NCBI RefSeq assembly: GCF_964194155.1
Contig: NC_135881.1
Coordinates: forward strand, 197,222,001-197,286,000
Length of the DNA stretch: 64,000 bases
DNA from: Cetorhinus maximus
Lineage: Eukaryota
Reading direction: 5' to 3'
In this document: in pieces, positions 52,301 through 64,000 of the stretch
Layout of the letters: every line of letters begins with the position of its first letter
Position numbering within the stretch: the first letter of the stretch is position 1
The notes under the pieces: model-generated
What the model saw: the letters and a program-made list of their open reading frames with translations, nothing else
Database searches by the model: none
What the model was told of the DNA's origin: nothing
Translations under genes and position numbers: made by a program

Positions 52301-52441
52301 GTTTGCGCAAGACCGGGGGGGGGGGGGGGGGGGGAGGAGAGAGAGAAAGAGAAAAGGGAGTCACTTCAACTTGATGAAAAGTTTACGGTAGCTGACAACA
52401 ACATTCCTTGACGGGGAAAAGGAGAAAAAACGCGTTTTTAC

Positions 52442-52527
52442 CTATAATTGTAACTGGAAAACTTCTTGCTCTCTTTCAACATCACCCTGTATAAGGACAA
52501 CACCTGACGGCTTGTGGGTCCCGCCAT
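52442..52527 (-). CDS. LYRM4: LYR motif-containing protein 4 (ISD11, mitochondrial Fe-S cluster assembly), coding exon 1
   Basis: ATG at 52527 (context AAGATGGCGG) translates MAGPTSRQVLSLYRVMLKESKKFSSYNY(R). It contains the LYR motif and closely resembles human [29 protein letters not shown]. The exon is 86 nt and ends in phase 2 at donor AG|GTAAAA (52441). Confidence 0.95.
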
Positions 52528-52599
52528 CTTCCTTCGTCCGGTCTTTGCCGTGCAGGACCCCGGCTGTCGGGCGCGCGTGCCTGAAATGGAACGTTGTGC

Positions 52600-52824
52600 G
52601 GGCAACGGCCGTTCCGTGGAACCCTCGACCGTTAGGGATTCAAAAAAAGAGACCCGTTCTGATTCCACTTTGCAGAGCCTAAAGTCCGACCCGCTGATCA
52701 CGTTCCCGAGCACCCTTTTTTTTTCCCTCCCTCTCTCTACTGGCAAGTTAGCGTCGTACTATTGACAGTTTTGGGGGCGTCGATTAAGGAAGGGACGCTG
52801 TCAGGTTTTTTTATTTGCAAAGAG
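52600..52824 (+). other. Candidate non-coding first exon of the divergent gene (FARS2 by synteny); start approximate
   Basis: Strong donor GAG|GTGAGT at 52825, about 300 nt from the LYRM4 ATG on the opposite strand. LYRM4 and FARS2 are head-to-head in human. No FARS2 coding sequence was recognised in the window. Confidence 0.45.
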
Positions 52825-53364
52825 GTGAGTGAGCTCGTTGAGAAGCTGCAGTTGCAGATGTTAAGAGGACATAGGGATAATTATGCCCCTGGTGGGGTTT
52901 TAAAAAAAAAAGGAATCATTCCAAAAGGGTGCTCTGTCTAAATGTTGTGCTGCAAAGCAAAAGAGACGCGCGTGTAGAGGAGCCATGTCTGCTTTGCTGT
53001 CTTGAGGGTTGCAACCCATTGCAAAGTTCCTCTTCATTTGGGCAGCGCCAGTAATGAGGATCAGATTTTGCTCTTACTTTGTATGCCAATAGTTTTGACA
53101 TCTTTCATTGTCTTTGAAGTTCTTTCAGTTAACTATTGTTTTCTCGCAGTTAGGTAATGCACTAGTTTCTATATCCTCAGGGTAACCTGCATTTGAAATG
53201 ATTCCTAGCAAATGCAGATAGGATTCCCTTGAACAGGGCAGTGAACGGCTGTCTACAAATTGCCGACAATGGGCATGATCTCCCCCAAACTGTAAAGGAA
53301 GTTTAATCTACCTTCATGCCAAGCCACCTTGCCTGCACAATATCCACCATTATGCCACATATCA

Positions 53365-53473
53365 GGCCATAAGACATAGGAGCAGAAATTAGGCCATTCG
53401 GCCCATCGAGTCTGCTCCCCCATTCCATCATGGCTGATAAGTTTCTCAACCCCATTCTCCTGCCTTCTCCCCA
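53365..53473 (-). mobile_element. CR1-derived 3' tail
   Basis: CCATAAGACATAGGAGCAGAAATTAGGCCATTCGGCCC…. Confidence 0.7.
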
Positions 53474-53699
53474 CGTTTCACTTTTAACTTTTCAAACTGG
53501 GACGACCCAAGATATATAGGGAGAAATGTGAAACATGCAGAAATCTATCCGCTCCAAGCATCACAACAACCCAAGGGGATGATGTTTGAAATTAGTCATT
53601 AATGAGAGACAAGTTGCTAACACCTTTCACGTAATGAGTTCCACATTCCCTTACAGTAGTATCCAGAGATCAGAGTAGCAAGGGTAACAGCAGTTTGAC

Positions 53700-54578
53700 A
53701 AGTTGTGTGTGTCGGCAAACACATGGCAGATGCAGCATTACGTGGATAAATGTGAAGTCATACGTTTTGGTGTGAAAAACAGAAAGGCAGAGTATTATTT
53801 AAACGGTGATATATTGGGAAATGTGGATGTACAAAGGGATCTGGGTGTCCTTGTATATCAGTCAATGAAAGTAAATAGGCAGGTGCAGCAAGCAATTAGG
53901 AAGGCATATATGGTATGTTGGCCTTCATTGCAAGAGGATTTGACTTAAGAAGTAGGGATGCCTTACTGCAGTTATACAGGGCCTTGGTGAGACCACACCT
54001 GGAGTATTGCGTGCAGTTTTGGTCTCCCTACCTAAGAAAGGATATAAGACCATAAGACATAGGAGCAGAAATTAAACATGGAGGGAGTGTAGTGAAGGTT
54101 CACTAGGCTGATACCGGGGATGGCAGGACTGTTGTATGAGGAGAGATTGGTTTGACTGGGCCTGTATTCACTAGAGTTTAGAAGAATGAGAGGGGATCTG
54201 ATTGAAACATATACAATTCTAACAGGGCTAGACAGACCAAATGCAGGGAGAATGTTTCCCCTGGCTGGGGAGTCAAGAACCAGGGGCCACTGTCTCAGAA
54301 TACGGGGCAGGCCATTTAGGACTGAGATGAGGAAAACTTTCTTCACTTGGAGGGTGGTCAACCTGTGGAATTCTCTACCACAGAAGGCTGTGGAGGCTGG
54401 GTCGCTGAGTAGACTCAAGAAAGAAATTGATGAATTTTTGGATATTAGGGGCATCAAGGGGTATGGAGAAAAAGCGGGAATATGGCGTTGAGATAGAGGA
54501 TCAGCCATGATCATATTGAATGGCGGAGTAGAGTCGAAGGGCCGAATAGCCTACTCCTGCTCCTAGTTTCTATGTTCC
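53700..54578 (+). mobile_element. CR1 3' fragment
   Basis: WQMQHYVDKCEV, RPHLEYCVQFWSP and RGDLIETY; TTTCTATGTTCCT tail. Confidence 0.9.
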
Positions 54579-55261
54579 TGTTAATTTATATTAAAAAAAC
54601 TAATAAAACCTGCTTGTTACTTCCTGGTTTGCTGTCTGTGGGAATTCTTCAATCTGATTGGCTGGTTAGTTTGCTTGATAATATCACTGTTGCTAGATGC
54701 TAGGGATCCCCTATAGCTGGCTCCAGAATTAAATTAATGTCATGAAAGGTGAAATCGTCACCACAGATCTTTGTGGGAAGCTTTCTTTGAGGTTAGTGGC
54801 AATTGCTGCCTCTTTGCTGCTAATCACAAAATCCAGGCTTACAAACTTGAATCAGAGGTTCTCGGATGTTTTTTGAAGATCAGTGTCCCTAATGTTCTTC
54901 CCTAATTCTTTGTGCCTTACTCACAGCCCAGCAATTTGGGGGTATGTCTCTTTACACTTTAATTTGAATTACCAGTACAAGTGGGGATCTATTTGATATA
55001 ATATTGTCAAAAGATACTGCTTACCTGGTGGATGCTGACAACAGCCATACTAACAATTGCTAAAGCCACTGATTCAGCCTTGCATAACTAGTGGTGCTAC
55101 TCTATGACACAAACTCAGCACAGGTTTGAGTCTCTGCCATTTTGTATTTGTGGATGTTGGATCTGTCAAAGCTGCTTCTGGTGAAGTACTGTAACAAAGT
55201 AACTCTGATAGGGCTAACATTCACTTCTTACAAACAAGAATCCTGTAGCCTGAATTAAAAA

Positions 55262-55664
55262 AAAACCTCTATCAAATCTCCACTCAACCTTCCCTTCTCG
55301 AAGGAAAACAGCCTCAGTTTCTCCAATTTATCTTCATAACTGAAGTCCCTCATCCTTGGAACCATTCGCAATACCCCAGTTGAGAATGAACCAGCATTTT
55401 GTACAGGTGTATCATAACTTCCTTATGCCCTTATTTATTAAGTCTAGGATCCCATATGCTTTATTACCTGCTCTCTCAACCTGCCCTGCCATCTTCAATG
55501 ATTTGTGCACATATATCCCCAGGTCCCTCTGCTCCTGCACCTTCTTCAGAATTGTACCCTTTGTTTTATATTGTTTCTCCCTGTTCATCCTACCACTTCA
55601 CCAATTAATCACACTTCTCTGCATTAAATTTCCTCTGCCACTTGTCTGCCCATTCCACCAACCA
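55262..55664 (-). mobile_element. CR1 internal fragment
   Basis: Reverse-complement similarity to 5640-6120. Confidence 0.65.
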
Positions 55665-56680
55665 TTTTTTTATTCATTCATGGGATGTGGGCCTCGTTGG
55701 CTGGGCCAGCATTTATTGCCCATCCCTAGTTGCCCTTGAGAAGATGGTGGTGAGCTGCCTTCTTGAACCACTGGAGTTCATATGGTGTAGGTACGCCCAC
55801 AGTGCTGTTAGGAAGGGGGTTCCAGGATTTTGACCCAGCAACAGAGAAGGAACAGTGATATATCTAATCATTTATCCAAATCAGGATGGTGAGTGACTTG
55901 GAGAGGAAGTTCCAGGTGGTGGTGTTCCCATCTCTCTTCTGCCCTTGTTCTTCTAGATGGTAGTGATCATGGGTTTGGAAGGTGCTGTCTAGGGAGCCTT
56001 GGTGAATTCCTGGAGTGCACCTTGCAGATGCTGCACTCCGTTGCTATTGTGTGCCGGTGGTGGGGGGAGTGAATGTTTGTGGATGTGCCAATCAAGCGGG
56101 CTACTTTGTCCTGGACGGTGTCAAGCTTCTTGAGTTTTGTGGGCTGCGCTCATCCAGGCAAGTGGGGAATATTCCATCATTCTCCTGACTTGTGCCTTGT
56201 AGATAGTGGACAGGCTTTGGGAAGTGAGGAGGTGAATTACTCATCATAGGATACCTAGCTCCTGACCTGCACATGTAGCCACAGTATTTCTATGGCTAGT
56301 CCAGTTTAGTTTCTGGTCAATGGTAATCCCCAGGATGTTGATAGTGGGGGATTCATAGAGTCATAGAGGTCTACAGCACAGAAAAAGGCTCTTCGGCCCA
56401 TCGAGTCTGTGCCGGTCAAACAAGTACCTAACTATTCTAATCCCATTTTCCAGCACTAGGCCCATAGCCTTATAAGCCATGGCATCGCAAATACTTCTTA
56501 AATGTTATGAAGGTTCAGTGATGGTAATGTCATTGAATGTTAGGGGGCGATAGTTAGATTCTCTCTTGTTGGAGATTGTCATTGCCTGATATTTGTTTGG
56601 TGCAAATGTTACTTGCCACATGTCAGCCCAAGCCTGGATATTGTCCAGGTCTTGCTACATTTGGACATAGACTGCTTCAG
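55665..56680 (-). mobile_element. CR1/L2-superclade LINE 3' portion with nested CR1 tail (~56356-56512)
   Basis: Collinear with 14690-15360; the nested segment begins CATAGAGTCATAGAGGTCTACAGCACAG. Confidence 0.75.
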
Positions 56681-57739
56681 GACTTGTCAATGTCCTTTTA
56701 CGTTTCACACTATCCTATATATATATATAAACTGGTTATTTTCATCCTCAGGAAAGGATTTCTGCAATCAAAACAGGCACAAAAAAGGTATGTTTTTCAC
56801 ATAACTTTATCCTCTTTATAATGATAAGGAGCACACATGGTAACTTGCCAAGAGGGTAAATATTCACTGCATTTTTTTTGAAAATGGCACTACCAGTTGA
56901 AATTAAATAGTAGAATAAAACAATGGTCCAGCATTTCATTGAAATTATAGATTATATTACGGTATTATAGTACTTAGTTCTTGCTACTAGATGTTGCTCA
57001 TCCATTTACAAAGCCTATTTATGGAATCTTGTGCCAAGAATCAAGCGCTACCAAGGTACAGAATTGAATAAATCTATTTATACTGCCTAATGATCTGAGG
57101 AATTGTGGAAATTATTGTATTTGGACAGCACAATACGTAAACTTTTCAGTCCATCTGTAAGTTCTATCAGGTTATTGAGATTCGTAATGAATAATAATTT
57201 TGGTAAAATTTTATGCAAATGTGCTGTAATATAGAAGTTGCAGATTTTTATAGAAATTACTTTGTGGTTTTTTTTTAGTCTTGATTGCAGGCTCCCCCTA
57301 GTGACTCAGTGGGTAAATGTGATGTAATTCTGGATAAAACAGATGTAGTTAACAGGTTTATGGCCTTCTCTTTCTGAATTAAATGATTTCAGCCATGGAA
57401 GTGATATGATCAGAGTCCTGCAATTGGGTTCAGTGGTCTTGGGATGGGCAAAAATCAGTCAGGGTTTCCACTCATTATTATGTGACCCTAACTGCAATGT
57501 AGATATATGTGTGAAAATGGGATGAGAACAGAACCAGGCTTGACTGTGAAACATCTCTGGACATCAAATAGTCAGGTGACCCTCACAATTTGGGCTAATA
57601 CATATATAGCTCTATTACTAGATGGATAGCATGTGCAATGTTGTCAAATTGAAGCTCCTTGAGATTTTCTACTATATAAGGTGCGATACAAATGCAAATC
57701 ATTGTTGTTAAATCTGTAAAGTGGTACATGAAGTGTAAA

Positions 57740-58180
57740 CCTACCTCAGTGGTAGCACTCACGCTACTGATTCAGAACATCATGGGTTCAAGCCTCACTT
57801 AGGAGCTTAAGCACTGATGCTAGGTTGATATTTGAGGAGTACTGCATCGTCAGAAGTGCTATTTTTCAGATGGGATATTAAACCAAGGCCTCTTCTGGCT
57901 TTTAAAATAGATGTAAAAAAATCCCATGGCAAAATTTGAAGAAGAAAAAAGGGAGTTTCCTGAATTCTGGTTAACATTTATCCTTCAACCAACCCTATCA
58001 GAAACAGGTTATATGGTTAATCATCCATTGCTGGGATCCTGCTGTTTGCAAATTGAATGTTGCATTTGCCTACAAAACAGTGGTGATCACATTTGAAAGG
58101 ATTAAATGTTTGTGCAGCATTTTGGGAACATCCTGAGGATGTGAAAGGCGGTGCAAAAATACAAGGTTGTACTTTCTTTG
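57740..58180 (+). mobile_element. Near-full-length tRNA-derived DeuSINE (SacSINE1-like)
   Basis: A box CTCAGTGGTAG, B box GGTTCAAGCC, Deu-like core (TTTCAGATGGGATATTAAACCAAGGCC…ATCCCATGGCA) and L2-like tail GTGAAAGGCGGTGCAAAAATACAAG. Confidence 0.7.
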
Positions 58181-58409
58181 GCAGTAAAAGATGAATTGCC
58201 ACATTTTTGATCTGGTTGAATATATATTCCCATATAAATAACATCTGTTAGACAACCAACATATTAAATGTTTACAGTCTCCCTAAAATATTTAAAATTA
58301 CTATGCAGTTGTATACTACTTCTGCATTAACTCCTTTCAGAAGTTCATCTGCATGTTGGCAATGTGGCACTCACTATTCCTTAATTGCTTGCAGCTTGAG
58401 CTCTTCTGC

Positions 58410-59350
58410 TAGGGTTGCCAACCCTTCCGGGATGGCTGGGAGTTTCCTGGAATCGGTCTCAATCTCCTGGTGCCCAAACAAAGCTCCCGGCAATGGCGGC
58501 CAGGACTGTACAATAGCCAGTCCCAGCCTGTGCTTGGATACCACCTGACCCTCCAGATGCCCAGGACAAATTATTAGCCAATCACAGCTTGTGCTTGGGT
58601 ACTACTTGACCTTCCTTACGTTAGGGACCAGCTGTCAGCCAATCACAGCCTGCGTTCAGGTACCAGTTGACCTTCCCTACGCCAGGAACCTGCTCCCCCA
58701 CCCACGGAAATGCTCGACTTGGCATCGGCGGAGGCCACTTGACAGAAATATCTGAGTGGCCTGCAGGCCACATGATCAGTGCTCCAATCAATTGAGGCGA
58801 TGCCCACTTGGGCTGCAGAACTGGAGGAAAGGGCACTGATTATGAGCCAAGATTAGGCTCAGCTGAGACTGGCTGGATGCTGGTATTGTGATTAATTAGT
58901 GTTGTTATTGTTATTCATTAGTGTCGGATTGAATTGGTGGTGACCAGACGGACTGTTCTGCACTGTGGATTTCTGTCCCCCGAGAGCAACTGCCTGGGGA
59001 AGGATTTGACAGATTCAGTAACAGAATTTAGTGGAGACAGGCTCATTCCCTCTCACTTAGTGTCACACTGAACCAGTGTTCACAGTTGACAGAAACAGCT
59101 GATGTGAGTTGAGACCAGGTGACCTGCTTGACAGAAAAGCTCGATGGAGCACAGCCCTGTAGCCACTTTCCGCTGTATCTTTGTAGCTGTCAACCTCACA
59201 TGTGTTACATTGAACTATATAAAATATACAGCATAGAAAGAGGCCATTTGGCCCAACTAGTCTGTGCCGTGAAATCACTTTTGCCGCTTCCCATGAGGTC
59301 ACTTCTGCTGATGTCTCCTGGAATATGTCCAGCCAGTGTTGGCAACCCTA
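58410..59350. mobile_element. hAT-like MITE (941 bp)
   Basis: Perfect 13-bp TIRs TAGGGTTGCCAAC / GTTGGCAACCCTA; 8-bp flanks TCTTCTGC / TCTCCTGG (6/8). Confidence 0.78.
58501..58683 (+). repeat. Three diverged tandem ~61-bp units inside the MITE
   Basis: Each unit reads ~CAGGAC…AGCCAATCACAGCCTGTGCTTGGGTACCA..TGACCTTCC. Confidence 0.8.
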
Positions 59351-59372
59351 TCTCCTGGGCTTTGTTTAGTCC

Positions 59373-60296
59373 TGTTATGAGGTGGCAGATGATGTGTGCC
59401 AGGCGGACCAAATCCACAAGGGAACTTGGACACCCTATCACAATGGTTTTGTAATTTGTGTTTATTACGAGAAGTTGTGTACACTGAATTTAGAAGTAAT
59501 GAGTCCACTAAGACCTTTAGAGATTTTAAAAATTAAATTAAAGTATTTATTAACAAAATAAAAGATTTCAAGCACATACACAAGACTACAATTATTTAAT
59601 ACTATAACAGCTCCTAAAATTCCTAACTAACCTGACTCCCAGTTACACACCCTCTTTAAGGCAACAGTCCAAAATAGATTTTAGATTTAAAACAAGGCCA
59701 GCAAGTTAACACAGTCTCCACTTGACAGTGGAATTCCAAATGGTTTCCTCCAATTTTAGTTACTGGATACAGCAGACTTATGCACAAATGGCTGGACGTT
59801 TCTTCAAGGCTGTTTCACACATTCCTGTTAGATCTTACAAAGAGCCCAACATAGCCTTTCATTCTCCTTTATATATGTTTCTCTCACTTTAATATGTAAA
59901 TTCCATTGCTTGATATGTTTGGAAATGTACTTTCCCATAATATAAAAACTTTAATGTTGCCAATGTTGTCAGTAACCTTTGGGAAAAATAAACACACTGC
60001 TTAGCCTTGCTTACCTGGCTAGTTGTAGACAGACTAACATCCCTTTGAAATCCCTTCACTTATCTAAAAATGCAAATTTCCTTCACACCTTACATGCTAA
60101 GCCAGCACCCATGTTTACTCATTTGCATTTCAAGTTCATTTCTACACCTAGCATCTTTTGATAATTTCAAGCTTGCAGTCTACCTGACTCCAAATGTAAT
60201 TAAATCACACAGACAGAACCATCTACACTCACATCCATAAACCTACTTTACAACAAACCAGAAAAATATTATAAAAATTATTATACTTTCGTAACA
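59373..60296. mobile_element. Probable solo LTR (924 bp)
   Basis: Termini TGTTATGA … TCGTAACA (7/8 inverted, TG…CA); the TSD is not clean (GTCC/TGCC). Confidence 0.6.
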
Positions 60297-62719
60297 TGCC
60301 AAAGTAGGTCCCAATCATGCATCTGTGATGAACATAATTTTGAGGATCTTCTAAGTATGCCCAATTGTGTTACGCTTTATATAAAAAAGCCTTACTTTTT
60401 CTTTAATCCTTTTGTTTTTTGCTCTTTATTGCACTCTAGGCTTTCTGTTCAGCACTTAAATATTGAATCTTTGACCTACATTTGAAATTGTGCACGTTGA
60501 TTATCATTTCATTATGATCAAGCATTTTTTGGCAATCCCATAGCTGAAGTACATATACCTGCTAAGATATATTATCCTAAAAAGCCAATATAACTAAAAG
60601 TTAACTATCGGTAATTTTACATTTTTCCAGTTTTCTTCCCTTTTTGGGCATCCTCACTTGACAGTGCTAACTTTTGTTTAAATGCAGTTCCTTACTTGTT
60701 TGTCTGGATAGCACATGAAGAATGAACGGTTGTTAGGATTTGGCCCCCACAATATAGAAACCTGTTTTTCTGTGGCATCCAGAGTTACACACTTTCCTGC
60801 AGGGGTTAATTGATAGTGATCAGGAAGGAAAATTGTGACCTGCATTTTAGCACTGACACCAAGTATAGTTCCTCTTACTTCCACAGCTGAGGTCAGCTAA
60901 CTGTGCTCTGACAAAAGATTGTAACTCAAGTTTCTCAATCTGTATGTAAATAACAATGGATGATGCATTTAACCACTAAGTTATTGGGCGAGTCATCATT
61001 ATTTTGTACTACACATACTGTGACAGAGGTCATTAAAAACACCAAGCCTGCTAGCTATTACTTTGATGACATTTTTCAACTTTTCATTGCAATGCAGAGT
61101 GCCGCAGCCTTCTCATAAACCAGTATCCATAAGGGATATTTTCAAGCCTGCTTTGAAACTTAAAATTGTTTTGACGGGCTAATCTTATGGACAAACCTGA
61201 TAAGGGTAAATTATATTGTAGTCATCAATCTTTCAACATGAATGTAGTTGTGCATCAATGACTATGTGTCCTAGTCGTGAACAGTTGACATAACAGCCAA
61301 TATGGGGGAAAAATTGACACAAAATTTAATCAGATGACCCCATGAACTTCACAGTACATATAATGAAAGGGATGGATACGTTGGAGTACGTTCAAGACTG
61401 TAATTTGATTTTTGGATTAAAGTGTCAGTCATAAACTGTAAGAGCAATCTAATCACCTTGATGGAGTATGGTCACCATTCTTTTATTTATTCTATGTATA
61501 TTAGTATTATTTTCACAGTCTCTTCCACTTGCCCCACTGTACATCACAAAGATAAGGACAAAAGAGGGAGGCTTTTCAGCCCATCTATGTCATCTTTTCA
61601 TTAAAACCTAAAATCCCCCATTAAAACATCTAATTGTCTCTTGAAGAATGTAATATTTTTACAATAAACATGTTTGATAGTAGTGAAAAAACCCAGAATA
61701 ATAATCTTTGTAAATGAGAGGAACTATTTTATCATTGTATATTTTGTTTCACAAAATGAATGTCCTCCTTTGTATATAATACTCAAAATGATTGTGTGTA
61801 CTGAAATCAACAGCTGGCATTGGGAGCATATGTAACTAAATACTTCAACAGCTGCAGTCAATGCAATCTCTGCCTCATGCAACTAGGAAGCTCAAATAAA
61901 TGTTATTTTATTCCAAGATGGCTCCAATTCATGGAACTTGAGCAGGGAGATTTGTGCCAGTATTACCACACAAAGTAGGACTTTTTTTCATGAAATCTGG
62001 AAGTAGACTGTCTTGTGAAAGTGTTTAATGCACAAGAAGAGCATGGTTTTATCGGTTCTCCTGATAGTATTTTAAAACAAGGACTTGTGTATTGAAGAAG
62101 TATATAATAAAGCGAAACTGTTTCCAGTGGGAAAAGAGTCAGTAACCAGAGGAAACAGATATAAGATATTTGGCAAAAGCAGGACAATGGGTCTAACTGG
62201 AGAGCTCTACCAAAGAAACAGGACTGGCATAATGGGCCAATTGACTTCCTACTATGCTATGCTGTTCAATGGTTCTATATACACACAGCTGTGAGAGAGG
62301 AGATGGTGCAGGTAATTTCTGTGATGAATAATCAGCAGAAAGAAACCATTTATCTTGGTAATGTAAACTAAAGAAGCAGACTGAGAGATGACATACTATA
62401 ATGGGATATTGGCAGAGCTGTCAAGTTCTGAAAGCCCTCCCGTTCCTCCCAAAAATTCTCTGTTTGGAAGGGCATTAATTTTTTTAAATTTAAAGTTCAT
62501 GCCATATTTTTGAAATTCTAAAGAACATGGTGTAAACCTTGTATGAGGGATTTGTTGCATTGTGGAGTGTTCAGAGCATAAGCATAATTCCAGGATTTAA
62601 AATGGAGAAAAGAAATAACATTCGGAGAACATGGAGGGAAATTATAAACAATTTTGTAGGCATGCAAAAAATATTTTTTTAAGGAAGGGTGAGGTTGATT
62701 AGGGATGAAAAAAGTTAAA

Positions 62720-63900
62720 GATAATTGTTTCTAACAAATTTAATAGAGTAGTTTAAGGAAATAATGGAGTTTATTGATACAGGAAATGCAGTGGGTGTTG
62801 TGTATATTTGGATTTTCGAAAAGCATTCTATAAGTTGCAATGTAGAAGACCTTCCTGAAATTAAGGCGCAAGACATTAAAGTGAATGCAGCAGCATGCAT
62901 AGCAAGTTGGCTAGTGAATGGAAAACAAAGTGTTGCTTTCGGGATGTTTTTCAGTTTGGATAGATGTGTACATTGATTTCCCTCCCCAGGTCCACCCAAC
63001 CATTGTTGGGACCATTGCACTAGGCATATGGGCACAAACAACACGGAAGTGGAGAGCATAATCAATTGTGAATACCACTGAAAGCAACTTCAAGAGGACT
63101 TGCATTATTAGGTTAGTCACATAGATGTTAAATGAATTTTAACACATGGAAATGTGAGCTGATGCAAAATGGAAGCAAGAATAAATAGAGGAACGTCTGC
63201 TGAATGGTAAAATGTTTTTTTTTGAAAAGAAGCATATAATGTAAAGGTTCAGACACATATTTAAACATGGGAAGAAGATGTGTAAAGGAAAATGTTTCCT
63301 AGTCTTCATGAATAAGGTCATAAAGGGTTAAATAGGTGTGCAGAAACAAAAGAGGTAATGCTAAATAGTATAGATAATTTTAAGGGGAAGCTAGACAAGC
63401 ATTTGAGGGAGAAGGGAGTAGATGGTTATGATGGTAGATTTAGATGAAGAAAGATGTGAGGAGGCTATAGTAGAACATAAAAACTGGCATAGACTGGTTG
63501 GGCTGAATAGCTTGTTTCTGTGCCGTATAATTTATGTAATCATATGTAAAACCATATAAATTGCTGTTAAAATATTGTATCCAGTTTTGAATGCCAGGGC
63601 TTTTAGATAGTATAGATTTACTATGATTTACTAGGATGACACCAGTAATGACTGACTTTAGTAATGAGGAAGCACTTAAAAAAGGGCTCCTTCATTAGAA
63701 CAATGAAAGAAAGGAAGAGATCTGATAAAATTATGAAAGCTTTTGATCAGGTAGATTTGGCAGAGGCAGTTTTAGTGAGTTGGTAATTATCAGGCATTCC
63801 TCTCAAATCAACACCAAAAGAAGAAAGGCAGAAGTTAGGAGAAATTACTTTACACAAATGGTCATTTGGACATTGAATGCCCTATCACAGGGGTGGGAAA
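62720..63900 (+). mobile_element. Highly degenerate CR1 RT fragment with a nested CR1 tail (~63370-63545)
   Basis: GNAVGVVYIWIFEKH…IASWLVNGKQSV resembles VDVVYLDFQKAF…IENWL. Confidence 0.55.
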
Positions 63901-64000
63901 CTGTTTTCTTATTAAGGGCCAATGACACATAGACAAAATCAGTCTTGGGCCACACACAAAAAACAGCTTAATTTATTTTATTAAGAGAGAATACAGAAAT

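Larger units (their letters stand above)
12775..52441 (-). other. LYRM4: LYRM4 intron 1 (39,667 nt, GT-AG)
   Basis: Defined by the exon 1 donor and exon 2 acceptor; the phases are compatible. Confidence 0.88.
52300..52850. promoter_or_regulatory. CpG-rich, probably bidirectional promoter; YY1 motif CCGCCATCTT (52521-52530) overlaps the LYRM4 start codon
   Basis: Sharp local CpG enrichment (e.g. CGGCTGTCGGGCGCGCGTG, GCGGGCAACGGCCG) in an otherwise CpG-depleted window; exact match to the YY1 consensus CCGCCATNTT. Confidence 0.75.

Noticed and set aside
52438-52746. 102-aa ORF as an N-terminally extended LYRM4
   Set aside because: It starts at a non-ATG codon and reads through promoter/5' UTR sequence. 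Homology begins at ATG 52527, and the apparent stop is the intron donor GTAA.
57745-57800. tRNA gene
   Set aside because: The A/B boxes continue into a SINE body and tail and no complete cloverleaf forms; it is a SINE head.
58501-58683. CRISPR-like array
   Set aside because: Diverged tandem units without unique spacers, in eukaryotic DNA with no cas genes.
52825-64000. FARS2 coding exons
   Set aside because: No aminoacyl-tRNA synthetase-like peptide recognised in the ORF track or by eye.

Overview
Repeat-rich vertebrate genomic DNA; the repeat families are typical of a cartilaginous fish (shark), which is an inference from repeat content. The only host coding sequence I can support is LYRM4 (ISD11) on the minus strand: coding exon 1 (52442-52527, 86 nt) and exon 2 (12654-12774, 121 nt), separated by a 39,667-nt intron, with the last exon apparently left of the window. 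Exon 1 lies in a CpG-rich promoter that is probably bidirectional; a strong plus-strand donor at 52825 may end a non-coding first exon of FARS2, by synteny inference. The rest is mobile DNA: near-full-length and truncated CR1 LINEs, old L2 LINEs, an RTE fragment, DeuSINE-like SINEs, TIR-bounded MITEs (some hAT-like), probable solo LTRs, and a Gypsy-type element with integrase upstream of RT (Gmr1-like order). The main finding is a Penelope-like (GIY-YIG) family with about 10 insertions, most with clear target-site duplications. It carries a minimal hammerhead-ribozyme motif with compensatory stem changes and core variants, and produces short non-coding fold-back derivatives whose inversion or truncation points cluster at the ribozyme. 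All calls were made by eye, without database searches.
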